Source: Pseudomonadota bacterium
Lineage (GTDB): Bacteria > Myxococcota_A > UBA796 > SXON01
Assembly: GCA_039800105.1 (NCBI GenBank)
Contig: JBDLRI010000025.1
Location: 2,902-66,901, forward strand
Length of the DNA: 64,000 nt
Direction: 5' to 3'
Shown here: in pieces, positions 34,294-42,711 of the stretch
How positions within the stretch are numbered: position 1 is the stretch's first letter
How the letters are laid out: each line of letters begins with the position of its first letter
Notes under the pieces: generated by a model
Databases searched by the model: none
What the model saw: the letters and a program-made list of their open reading frames with translations, nothing else
What the model was told of the DNA's origin: nothing
Made by a program: the position numbers and the translations under genes

Positions 34294-35477
34294 TCTCCTC
34301 CGCCGGGCCCGCCCGGCCACGCCCCCGCCGCGGCCCACTGCGCCGCGCGGGCGCGCACGCGCATGGCACGCAGCGCATCCACCGTCTCGAGGGCGTCCTG
34401 CACCGCGCGACGCTGCACCAGGTACTCGGCGACGGACAGCTCACCGGCGGAAAGGCCGGCGTCCACCGCGCGCAGCGCCTCGGCGAGCCGCTCCGCATCG
34501 ATGTCCGCGAGCAGGGCCTCGGCGTCCGTCCCCTCGCGTTCCGCGCGACGCAGCTCCGCGTCGGCCGCCGCCGTGGTCTCGACGCGCGCGCGCGCGGCCG
34601 CGTCGGCGCGCGCCACCGCGGCCCCGGCACGGGCGGACGCGCCGCCGCCGAGGGGCAGCTCGAGGTTCACCACCGCGCCGACGGGCCCCTCCGCGCTTCG
34701 GCCCACGCCGAGGGAGATCTCCGAGGTTCCGAGCACCCCCGGCGTGGCCCGCGCCACCTGCGCGGCGGCCTCCGCATCGGTGCGGGCGACCCGCGCCGCC
34801 AGGGCTTCCGCGGCGGCGGGCGGGGGCGGAAGGTCCCACGGGCCGTCGGCGCCGTCCACCGGCGCGCCGCCGAGCAGCGCGCCCAGCCGCGCGGCGGCAT
34901 CCGCCTGCGCGCGCGCCGCGTCGCGGGCGTCGCGGGCGTTCGTGGTGGCGACCGCCCCGAGCAGCGCAGCCTCCACCTCGGACAGCTCGCCGTCCGGAGA
35001 GCGCGGGGGCGCGACCCGCGCGACCCGCGCCGCGCGCGCCTGCGCGCACGCCAGGTCGACCCAGGCATCCACCACGTCCACGAGCAGCCCCCCGCGCGCG
35101 GCGGCGGCGCGGGCGTCGGCCGCGGCGGCGCGCGCGCGCACCGCGGCCCGACGTGCCCCGAGGCCCGGCGCGGTCGGCAGGGCGATCGCCACGGACGAGA
35201 GGTCCGGGTCGTGGCCCGCGCGCAGCGCCGCAGGCACCGCGGCGTCGGCGCGCGCCTCCGCACGCGCGGCGAGGTCCGACGCGGCGATCGCCGCCAGCCG
35301 CGGGGACTCCGTGCGCGCCCGGGCCAGCGTGTCCTGCAACGTCAACGCGGACGCCGGTGCGCTCACGAGACCCCACGCGAGCGCCACGGCCCAGCGCAGG
35401 TGGCGGGGGGGCGTTGCGGGGGGGGCGCAGCTCCCCCCGCCCCAGGAACCATGCGAGGAGGACGGACACGCGCGCAT
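34290..35477 (-). CDS. Outer-membrane efflux factor (TolC/CzcC-like)
   Basis: Distal 395 codons of ORF 34290..36770, ATG 35477. Ala-rich coiled-coil/OMF-like repeats (LTLQDTLARARTESPRLAAIAASDLAARAE, AEYLVQRRAVQDALETVDAL). Family call rests mainly on position upstream of the adaptor and pump. Repeat copy 35405-35447 lies in the leader region. Confidence 0.7.
   Translation of the reverse strand: MRACPSSSHGSWGGGSCAPPATPPRHLRWAVALAWGLVSAPASALTLQDTLARARTESPRLAAIAASDLAARAEARADAAVPAALRAGHDPDLSSVAIALPTAPGLGARRAAVRARAAAADARAAAARGGLLVDVVDAWVDLACAQARAARVARVAPPRSPDGELSEVEAALLGAVATTNARDARDAARAQADAAARLGALLGGAPVDGADGPWDLPPPPAAAEALAARVARTDAEAAAQVARATPGVLGTSEISLGVGRSAEGPVGAVVNLELPLGGGASARAGAAVARADAAARARVETTAAADAELRRAEREGTDAEALLADIDAERLAEALRAVDAGLSAGELSVAEYLVQRRAVQDALETVDALRAMRVRARAAQWAAAGAWPGGPGGGE
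35405..35447 (+). repeat. GC-hairpin repeat copy
   Basis: gggggggcgttgcggggggggcgcagctccccccgccccagg, in the leader region of the outer-membrane factor ORF. Confidence 0.85.
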
Positions 35478-35494
35478 CTGCCGCTCCCCTAGCC

Positions 35495-36805
35495 CTAGAG
35501 CTCTTCGACGTCCGGCGGGCCGTCGTCCGGCGACGGCTCCAACCCCGGCGGAATGTACGGCTCCGCACCGGGCGGGATGTACGGCAGGTCGTCGGGCTCG
35601 TCGCGCGGCGGGCCGGGGTCGCGGCCGAGCTTCTCCCCGACGTCCCCGCGCGCCTCGGCCTCCTCGCGGCGGCGGCGCATGCGCTCGCGGCGCTCGCGAA
35701 GGCGCTCCTCCCGCGCGGCCCGACGGTCCTCGGGCGAGGTGTCGGCGTCCAGACGCGGCTCGACGGGCTCCTTGGCCCCGGCCGGGGCGTCCCCTGCGAC
35801 GGGCGCGCTCCCCGCGCCGTCTGCGTCGCCGGTCGGCTTGATCCGGTCGCGCAGCTTCGAGGCACCCGACCGCGACGGGCGCGCCGACGGATCGAGCACG
35901 GTGCCGGTGATCTGGTAGTGGTACTTCCCCTCGGCGTCGCGCGCGCGGCGGAGGTCCGGCGCCAGCTGCGCGAGCTGGTCGAGGTCCGGAGGCAGCGTGA
36001 ACACCACCTCGAGGCGGAGCCGGCTGCGGCCCGGGCGCTTGTTGAGGGTGATGTCGCCGGTCACCGTCGCGTCCAGGGTGGCGCTCTCGAAGGTGCCGTC
36101 GGTGACGCGCGCCTTTCCGTCCTCCACCTCGAACGCGAGCACCGCCTTGTCGAACACCACCTCGGGGAGGTCGAACCCGCCGAGCTTGCTTCCCTTCGCC
36201 AGACCGAAGCCGGGAAGGTCGAAGCGCATGCTGCCGGCGCTCTTCCGGGTGTCCTGGGTGTCGAGGAGCAGGTCGCCGTTGGCGTCGAGGCGCCCCAGGA
36301 GCTGCAGGGCGGTGCTGCCCTCCCCGTGCGGGACGCGCGCGAGGTCGAGCGCGTCCACGGAGAACGCCAGCTTCGTGCCCTCCCCGGACTGCGCCCAGGT
36401 CCCGTCCACCGTGCCGCCGAGCGTCTCCGCGACGAAGGCCACGGCGCGATCGCCGGAGAGCAGCGGCAGCAGCGCCATCCGCGCCGCCAGGCGGTCGAGG
36501 GAGAACGCGAGGGTGCGCTCGAGGGCCGGTCCCTCGGCGGGGGCCTCGGCGTCGCCGCCCTTCTTCGGGCGCGCCTTGCGGGGCTTCTTCACGGTGTAGA
36601 GCTTCACGTCCCGCGCGTCGAGGCCGCTGAGCCGCCACGGGGACAGGTGCGCCACCTCGAGGGCGTACTCGTCCTTGCTGGCGCGGGAGACCTCCCACGC
36701 CACGCGGGTCCGGGCCGCATCCTCGGGAAACGCGAGCCAGAGCCCGCCCACGAAGCACGCCGACGCCCATCCGAGCCCGGCCAGGCCGAGCAGCACGCGA
36801 CGCAT
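35495..36805 (-). CDS. gspN: Type II secretion system protein N with a ~105-aa charged/Pro-rich C-terminal extension
   Basis: Distal 436 codons of ORF 35495..37414. ATG 36805 shares one nt with the gspM stop. N-terminal TM VLLGLAGLGWASACFVGGLWLA. Position after gspM. GspN-like length for the first ~330 aa. Confidence 0.7.
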   Translation of the reverse strand: MRRVLLGLAGLGWASACFVGGLWLAFPEDAARTRVAWEVSRASKDEYALEVAHLSPWRLSGLDARDVKLYTVKKPRKARPKKGGDAEAPAEGPALERTLAFSLDRLAARMALLPLLSGDRAVAFVAETLGGTVDGTWAQSGEGTKLAFSVDALDLARVPHGEGSTALQLLGRLDANGDLLLDTQDTRKSAGSMRFDLPGFGLAKGSKLGGFDLPEVVFDKAVLAFEVEDGKARVTDGTFESATLDATVTGDITLNKRPGRSRLRLEVVFTLPPDLDQLAQLAPDLRRARDAEGKYHYQITGTVLDPSARPSRSGASKLRDRIKPTGDADGAGSAPVAGDAPAGAKEPVEPRLDADTSPEDRRAAREERLRERRERMRRRREEAEARGDVGEKLGRDPGPPRDEPDDLPYIPPGAEPYIPPGLEPSPDDGPPDVEEL

Positions 36806-37407
36806 CACGGTGCGCCTCCCTTGCCCGCCGCGGGCGCGTCCACGAGACGGAAGGCGCTGACCTCCAGCGTGGCGTTGAGCGACTTCACGCCGCCGGCCGC
36901 GGTCGTGCGGATCCGCGCCGTGCGGACCTTCAGCGGGTAGCCGTCGGTCTCCACCGCGTGGAGGAACTCGGCGAAGGGCTGGGTGCCGATCTGCTTGAGC
37001 TCGACCGCGTAGCGCTTGTCCTGCAGGGTGCCCTCGTTGGAGACCTCGCGCTCGCGGACGGACGCCAGGCTCGTCGCCACGCCCGCACGCTGCGCCGCCT
37101 TCTCCATGAACGCGGGAAGATCCTCGCCGGCGCGTGCCTTGATGCGCTCCTCGATGGAGGCCGCCTCGCGGGACGCGGCCGCGTGCTCGGCGGCGAGCGC
37201 CTCGATCTGGACGAGCGCCGCGCGACGCGCGGACACGCGGCTGCGCGCGTCCGCCACCTGCGCGCGTCCGAGCCAGGTCACGCCCCCGAGCGACGCCAGC
37301 ACCAGGAACACCGACAGGCCGACGAACAGCGAGCGGTCGCGCTCGGACATCGTCGCCACGAGATCGTTGAAGCGGGCGCGGAGGCCCTCGAGGAAGGGCG
37401 CGTTCAC
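36805..37407 (-). CDS. gspM: Type II secretion system protein M
   Basis: ORF 36805..37407. Short cytoplasmic N-terminus, TM LFVGLSVFLVLASLGGV, ~150-aa periplasmic domain. Located between gspL and gspN, with overlapping stop/start codons on both sides. Confidence 0.75.
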   Translation of the reverse strand: MNAPFLEGLRARFNDLVATMSERDRSLFVGLSVFLVLASLGGVTWLGRAQVADARSRVSARRAALVQIEALAAEHAAASREAASIEERIKARAGEDLPAFMEKAAQRAGVATSLASVREREVSNEGTLQDKRYAVELKQIGTQPFAEFLHAVETDGYPLKVRTARIRTTAAGGVKSLNATLEVSAFRLVDAPAAGKGGAP

Positions 37408-39011
37408 TCGCCACCCCCCGCGGCCGGGGCGGCGCCCGCGGGCGCCTCCGCCGGCGCGTCGCCCGCGGCCGCGGCGTCCTCCGCCTCCAGCGGGATGTTC
37501 ACGGTGAAGGTCACGACGTCACCCACCTTCTTCTCCTCGGACTTCCGGGCGGTCTGCAGGCGGGCCGAACGCCGCAGGCCCTCCTCGATCTTCGCGGCCG
37601 CCTCGTAGCTGTCGGTCTCGGCCTTGAAGCTCACCGCGTCCTCGGCGATGGTCATCTCGCGCACGTCGACGCGGGCGACGTCCGGTGCCGGCACGTTCTC
37701 CGACACGAGGCGCAGCAGGTCGAGCGTCGGCGGCACGCCGCCGAGCGTGTCGCCGAGCGCGTCCACCCGCGCCCTCGACGCCGCGAGCGACTCCTGCAGC
37801 AGCGCGAGGGCCATGGTCGGCTGGCCCGCGACGCGCGTCGCCGGCACGTCGGGCAGGGCGCCCTGCACGGCGGCGACGACCTCCGCGTCGGCCGCGTCGA
37901 GCTCCGCGCGCGCCTTCACCACCTGGGACACGAACACGCCGATCAGGGCGACGAACGCGACGGCGCCCACGCCCACCGCCCCGAGCGTGACCCGCCACAG
38001 CGTCTCGGCGTGGCCGTGGTACGACAGGTCCCCCAGCCGCAGGTCGGTGGCCTGCACCTCTCCCGCACCCACCCGCGCCAACGCCACCGCGAGCGCGAAG
38101 TCGACGGGGTGACCGCCGGGTACGAGCACCGGACGCACGGGCACGCCGAGCGTGGCGCCGACGCGTCCCGCGAGGCCATCGAGCCGGCTGGCGCCGCCGC
38201 ACAGGAGCACCTCGTCGATGCCCAGGCCGCTCTCGTCCTCCAGCGCGATGAGCGCGGCCCGGAGGTCGACGCTCCAGCGTTCCACGGCCTCGATGAGCAC
38301 GGCCTCCCACCCCGTGGGGGCGGGTTCGTCCGCCGCGGGGAGGCGGGCCCCGTGCTTGGCCGCCTCGGCATGATCCCAGGCCACGCCCGTCGCGCCGGCG
38401 ATGGCCTCGGTCCACGCGGCACCGCCCGACGGCACCACGCGCGCGGCGACGAGACGCCCGTCCTGCGCCAGGGCGACGACCGTGCGGCGGTGCCCGATGT
38501 CGAGGACGGCCTGCACCCCGGCCTCGCCGTAGGTGGCCAGGGCGTCCGCGTCCGCGACGACCACCCGCGGCTCGGCGTGGGCCGCCGCGAACGTGTCGAT
38601 GCGTGCCCGCACGTCCGCCCGCGGCACGATCACGGCCGACGTGCGGCTTCCGCGTGGGCCCGCCTCGAGGATCCGCGGCGCGAGAATCATGGCGTCGAGG
38701 TCCCACGGGACCGCCGCCTCGATTTCGGCGGGCAAGGCACGAAGGATGTCCTTCCGCTCGGCGAACGGCATGGCCGCCACACGGACCGCGCACAGCTCCA
38801 TCGGCATGCAGGCCGCCCGCTCGCCCAGCTCCCAGCGGGGGTCCGCCTCGCGCAGCGCCCGAAGCGCCGCGTCCGCGTCGGGCGCGCCGTCGGGACCGAC
38901 GGGCGTGGCCAGCTCCGCGGTGCCGCCGGGCGTGAAGCGCCGGAAGCTCCCCTCCATGGTCGCCACGCGCGTGCGCCAGCTCCCCGTGTCGATGCCGTAG
39001 ACCGTCGCCAT
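37404..39011 (-). CDS. gspL: Type II secretion system protein L
   Basis: ORF 37404..39011, ATG after GGGAGAGGGGA. Actin/PilM-like cytoplasmic domain (VYGIDTGSW...LDIGHRRTVV...LLCGGASRLDGL), one TM (VGAVAFVALIGVFV) and a periplasmic C-terminal domain. Confidence 0.8.
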   Translation of the reverse strand: MATVYGIDTGSWRTRVATMEGSFRRFTPGGTAELATPVGPDGAPDADAALRALREADPRWELGERAACMPMELCAVRVAAMPFAERKDILRALPAEIEAAVPWDLDAMILAPRILEAGPRGSRTSAVIVPRADVRARIDTFAAAHAEPRVVVADADALATYGEAGVQAVLDIGHRRTVVALAQDGRLVAARVVPSGGAAWTEAIAGATGVAWDHAEAAKHGARLPAADEPAPTGWEAVLIEAVERWSVDLRAALIALEDESGLGIDEVLLCGGASRLDGLAGRVGATLGVPVRPVLVPGGHPVDFALAVALARVGAGEVQATDLRLGDLSYHGHAETLWRVTLGAVGVGAVAFVALIGVFVSQVVKARAELDAADAEVVAAVQGALPDVPATRVAGQPTMALALLQESLAASRARVDALGDTLGGVPPTLDLLRLVSENVPAPDVARVDVREMTIAEDAVSFKAETDSYEAAAKIEEGLRRSARLQTARKSEEKKVGDVVTFTVNIPLEAEDAAAAGDAPAEAPAGAAPAAGGGE

Positions 39012-39021
39012 TCCCCTCTCC

Positions 39022-40230
39022 CTAATCCACCCGCCAGTAGATGACCTTGCCCTCGTTGGATCCGCCGTAGTCGACGACCGCGGTGATCGTGGCCGTCGCG
39101 TCGCCCACCTGCCCGGTGCTCGTGATGGTGAACACCTGCGTCGCCGTGCTCACGGCCTGCGCCATCTCGGGGCGTGGCTCGAGGTTCGCGTTGGCCCGGA
39201 CCCAGCCGACGAAGGCGTTTCCGTTCGGAAACGTCGACAGCAGCATGGCCGCGCGGAAGTCGCCCACGATCCGGTCCAGCTCGGTGTCGGTCAGGGCGCG
39301 CGTCGCGTAGGCCTTCAGCAGCCCCTTGATCACCGCGTCGTCGGCGCAGTTGATGTTGACCTTGCCGCTGCCGTAGATGGTGAGCTGGTCCGCGAAGCGG
39401 TCGAAGACCTCGTCCTGCCACCCGTCCACCAGCCGGATCTCCGCGTGGGTGTCGAAGCGCGCGTTCTTCGACACGTAGGGACTGGGCAGGGCGTTGTAGC
39501 GATCGTCCTCGTAGCCGCCGCGGCCGCCGACACCGGTGTTGTCGGCGTCGACCCAGTCGGCGAGGTTGTCCACGAGATCCCAGCGCTCCAAGCCCCGGTC
39601 GCGCAGGAACGCCTCGTTGTCCTCGCCGGACAGCAGCCCGTAGATCTGCTGGCCGGTCGGGGTGTCCCGCGGGAGGGTCTCCGGCGCCCGGCCCGACAAC
39701 GTGTTCACGTTGATGCGGCAGTCCTCGCCCCGCACGGACGCGGAGAAATCACCGTCGAAGTCAAGGAAGTTCCGGTTTCCGAAGCGCGTTCCGGTGCCCT
39801 CCCGGCTCTTCTCGACGATCTCCTCCGGAACCGCGCCGTCCTGCGCTGCGGCCTGGAGGTCCTCGTCGTCCACGCTGCCCCCCGAGCCGGCGATCATCCG
39901 CAGCAGCCCCGTGTTGATGAACGGGATCATCTGCCACAGGGCGTCGCCCGCGTTGATTCCGAACGCCGCGAGCTGCTGCCCGAAGCCGCTCTTGGCGAGC
40001 TGGCGGTTCGCGGTGAGCACGAGGCGGTACACGTTCACCCCGGTATGGGCGAGCCACTGGGCGCGAGCCTCGTCCCGGGTGTGCACCGCGGCCAGGAAGC
40101 GCACCCGCGCGCCGTAGGTGATGTCGGTGACGAGCACGCTCAGGAGCATGATCGTGGAGATCACGAACAGCAGGGCGACACCCCGCCGGTCATCCCGACG
40201 GCGCGCCCGCGACAGCCGGGGCCGCCTCAC
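39022..40230 (-). CDS. gspK: Type II secretion system minor pseudopilin K
   Basis: ORF 39022..40230. RRGVALLFVISTIMLLSVLV N-terminus. GspK-like body (INVNTL, NLADWVDADN, INCADDAVIKGLL). Confidence 0.85.
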   Translation of the reverse strand: MRRPRLSRARRRDDRRGVALLFVISTIMLLSVLVTDITYGARVRFLAAVHTRDEARAQWLAHTGVNVYRLVLTANRQLAKSGFGQQLAAFGINAGDALWQMIPFINTGLLRMIAGSGGSVDDEDLQAAAQDGAVPEEIVEKSREGTGTRFGNRNFLDFDGDFSASVRGEDCRINVNTLSGRAPETLPRDTPTGQQIYGLLSGEDNEAFLRDRGLERWDLVDNLADWVDADNTGVGGRGGYEDDRYNALPSPYVSKNARFDTHAEIRLVDGWQDEVFDRFADQLTIYGSGKVNINCADDAVIKGLLKAYATRALTDTELDRIVGDFRAAMLLSTFPNGNAFVGWVRANANLEPRPEMAQAVSTATQVFTITSTGQVGDATATITAVVDYGGSNEGKVIYWRVD

Positions 40231-40943
40231 GTGCCCCCCGACCCGAGCGACTGGCGCCTCAGGGGCGGCGCGAAGGCGAGCAGCACCGTGCTGACGTAGC
40301 TGCGCTCGGTGGTGCGGCTGCCGTCATCGGGGTCCGGCACGAGGAGCGTGAGCGTGACCCGCACGGCGCGCGGCAGCCGGTTCGGCGTGTCGGCGCCCGT
40401 GGTGTCCCATTCCTTCCTCCATTCCCCGTCCTGCTGCTCGAGGTACTGGAGATCGAAGGCGCGCACCCCGTAGGCCACGGGGGCGATGTTCCCGTCCTTC
40501 TCCGGCTCCTGATCGACGCGGGGCGCCTCGCGACGGAGGAGCACGAGCGCGTCCGAGCGCGTGGGGTCATCCTCCGTCCAGTACGTGATCTCCGTCTGAT
40601 CGCCCTCCCGGGCGCCGACGATGCGGCGCTGGTGCGAGAGGGACGCCAGCCAGAGCCGATCCGCGCCGCGCTCGTCCTGCCCGACGAAGATCGTGCGGTA
40701 GGTGTTCACGGCCGCGGTGTTGGGGGTGAGGTACGCGAGCTGCAGGTCCCGGCGGATGCGGCCCATCGCGATGCGGGCCGCCTGGTTCGCCGCGTCCTCC
40801 TCCTCCAGGAGATCGCGCGTGGTGAGGGCGTTCGACAGCGTGAGAAACGTCATCAGCCCGATCAGCGCGAGCACGCTGATCGCCACCACGACCTCCACCA
40901 GCGTGAAGCCGGGCCGCGCGCGGAGGGCGCCGCGCCGCGTCAT
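40227..40943 (-). CDS. gspJ: Type II secretion system minor pseudopilin J
   Basis: Distal 238 codons of ORF 40227..41417. ATG 40943 overlaps the gspI stop (ATGA). Prepilin leader RARPG-FTLVEVVVAISVLALIG. Confidence 0.85.
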   Translation of the reverse strand: MTRRGALRARPGFTLVEVVVAISVLALIGLMTFLTLSNALTTRDLLEEEDAANQAARIAMGRIRRDLQLAYLTPNTAAVNTYRTIFVGQDERGADRLWLASLSHQRRIVGAREGDQTEITYWTEDDPTRSDALVLLRREAPRVDQEPEKDGNIAPVAYGVRAFDLQYLEQQDGEWRKEWDTTGADTPNRLPRAVRVTLTLLVPDPDDGSRTTERSYVSTVLLAFAPPLRRQSLGSGGT

Positions 40944-41560
40944 CCCTCGCCCCCGGGGACGATCTTGCCGGAGGGGTTGATCGCGTGCGTGACGATCTCC
41001 ACGCAGGACTCGCAGTCGGCCGGATCGGCCTCCGTCCCGTCCCACCACACCAGCACCCGCACCTCCCGAATGTACGGGCGCAGCATGTCGCCGAACATGG
41101 AGGGGTCCATGCCGAGGTCGCCGAGGTCGCGCTGCTCCTGGGCACCCTGCGCGCCGTCCTGCGCCTGGGGCCCGCCGAACCCGGCCGCCTTCAGGTCCTC
41201 GGCCGCGCCGCTCATGTCGCCGAGCTGAAGATCCACGCGGCGGATCGTGTAGGCCCAGCGGTAGTCGTTGAAGGTGTCGCCGAACTCCACGTCCTCGCCG
41301 AGGGCGCCGTCGTTGCCGTAGTCCTCGAAGTCGCCTTCCTCGTCGATGTCGGAGTCGCGGAACCCATCGCGCTCGAGCCGCAGCATGGCCTCGGCCATCT
41401 TCTCCTGCGCGAGCCACGTGCCGGTCAGCACCTTCTCCGTGTCGGTGGTCATCACGACCGCCGTCGCCTGCCCGTCCACCAGCACGAGCAGGCTCACGGC
41501 CAGGATCGCGAGCGCGACCACGACCTCCAGCAACGTGAAACCGGCGCGGGGGCGCATCAT
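40940..41560 (-). CDS. gspI: Type II secretion system minor pseudopilin I
   Basis: Distal 206 codons of ORF 40940..41833. ATG 41560 overlaps the gspH stop. Prepilin leader MMRPRAG-FTLLEVVVALAILAVS. Confidence 0.8.
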   Translation of the reverse strand: MMRPRAGFTLLEVVVALAILAVSLLVLVDGQATAVVMTTDTEKVLTGTWLAQEKMAEAMLRLERDGFRDSDIDEEGDFEDYGNDGALGEDVEFGDTFNDYRWAYTIRRVDLQLGDMSGAAEDLKAAGFGGPQAQDGAQGAQEQRDLGDLGMDPSMFGDMLRPYIREVRVLVWWDGTEADPADCESCVEIVTHAINPSGKIVPGGEG

Positions 41561-42264
41561 CGCAGCGTCGGCGCCTCCTCCGGCAGCCACGCGAAGCGGG
41601 CCGTCGGGTCGATCTCCTCGGTCACCACGGACACCGCGCCGCTCAGCGGCTCCACCTCCACGGTGTAGCCGTCCTCGGCGTCGTCGGGGTCCACGATGCG
41701 CACGACCGTGTGCTCGGCCTCGCCATTCGAGAACACATAGGCGTAGACGATGCGCGGCCCGTCCTCCTCGTCGCGCGGACGGTCCTCGGAAACCGGGCGC
41801 TGGGGCTCCCCGTACTGCGGGGTCCACACCCACCCGAAGGCGGCGCCCTCGGGCAGCTGCACCTCGCTGGAGAACCCCGGGACGTCGAGGTTGGCGAAGC
41901 GCCCCGGTCCCTCGGCCGAGGCCTCCGCCGCGTCCTTGTCCGCCCCGCGGGAGAAGCGGCGCATCGCACGCTCGCGCTCCGCCTCCACCGCCTCGCGTTG
42001 CGCGGGGTCCGAGAACACGAGGGTGGCAGGGTCCCCGACCTCGATGCGGTAGCCGTTCGTGTCGAGGTTGAACGCCACGCGGAAGGTGACGTTGCGCATG
42101 GTGGCCTCGTCCTCGAGGAACCGGAAGGTCTGCGCCAGCTCACGGGCCGCGCCGCGCTGCTGCACGTCCAGGAGCGCCGCCATGCTGGGGGCGCCGATCC
42201 CGAGCACGACCGCCATGATCGCCATGACCGCCATGATCTCGAGCAGCGACATCCCCCGGCGCAC
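41557..42264 (-). CDS. gspH: Type II secretion system minor pseudopilin H
   Basis: ORF 41557..42264. Prepilin leader MRRG-MSLLEIMAVMAIMAVVLGI. Positioned between gspG and gspI. Confidence 0.8.
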   Translation of the reverse strand: MRRGMSLLEIMAVMAIMAVVLGIGAPSMAALLDVQQRGAARELAQTFRFLEDEATMRNVTFRVAFNLDTNGYRIEVGDPATLVFSDPAQREAVEAERERAMRRFSRGADKDAAEASAEGPGRFANLDVPGFSSEVQLPEGAAFGWVWTPQYGEPQRPVSEDRPRDEEDGPRIVYAYVFSNGEAEHTVVRIVDPDDAEDGYTVEVEPLSGAVSVVTEEIDPTARFAWLPEEAPTLR

Positions 42265-42269
42265 GGACG

Positions 42270-42707
42270 TCAGTCCCCGGTGGACATGGTCGCCGACGAG
42301 ATGTCGGCGTTGGCGTCCTCGCCACCCTCACGGCCATCCTTCCCGAGGGAGATGATCTCGTACGCCGCGCTGCCGTTGCCGGGGCTGCGGTACTGGAACG
42401 CGTTGCCCCACGCATCCGTGGGGACGGTGTTGTTGGGGAAGAACTTCTTGGCCGCGTCGAGGCCCTCGCCGGTGGAGGGGTACTTGCCGCGGTGCTTGGC
42501 CGCGTAGGTCGTGAGCGCCGACTCCATGTTCTTGATCTGGATCTTCGTGGCGGACGCGTTCGCCTCGTCCAGGTAGCCGACGACGTTCACGGCCACGACG
42601 GTCATCAGCACGCCGATGATCGCGATGACGACCATGATCTCGACGAGGGACATGCCGCGACGGCTGGCGAGGGTGGAGGCGGAGAGGCGGGAGCGGGCAG
42701 CGTTCAT
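42270..42707 (-). CDS. gspG: Type II secretion system major pseudopilin G
   Basis: Distal 145 codons of ORF 42270..42779, ATG 42707. Leader SRRG-MSLVEIMVVIAIIGVL. Conserved GspG core YPSTGEGLDAA, DAWGNAFQYRSPG, YEIISLGKDG. Confidence 0.92.
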   Translation of the reverse strand: MNAARSRLSASTLASRRGMSLVEIMVVIAIIGVLMTVVAVNVVGYLDEANASATKIQIKNMESALTTYAAKHRGKYPSTGEGLDAAKKFFPNNTVPTDAWGNAFQYRSPGNGSAAYEIISLGKDGREGGEDANADISSATMSTGD

Positions 42708-42711
42708 CGGT

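Noticed and set aside
28951-35841. Very long ORFs overlapping the RND efflux operon: 28951..32724 minus (1257 aa), 30006..35492 plus (1828 aa) and 31639..35841 plus (1400 aa).
   Set aside because: They are alternative-frame or antisense readings of the recognisable pump, adaptor and OMF genes. Their translations are Arg/Pro/Gly/Ala low-complexity with no domain signatures. Long stop-free frames are expected at this GC content.
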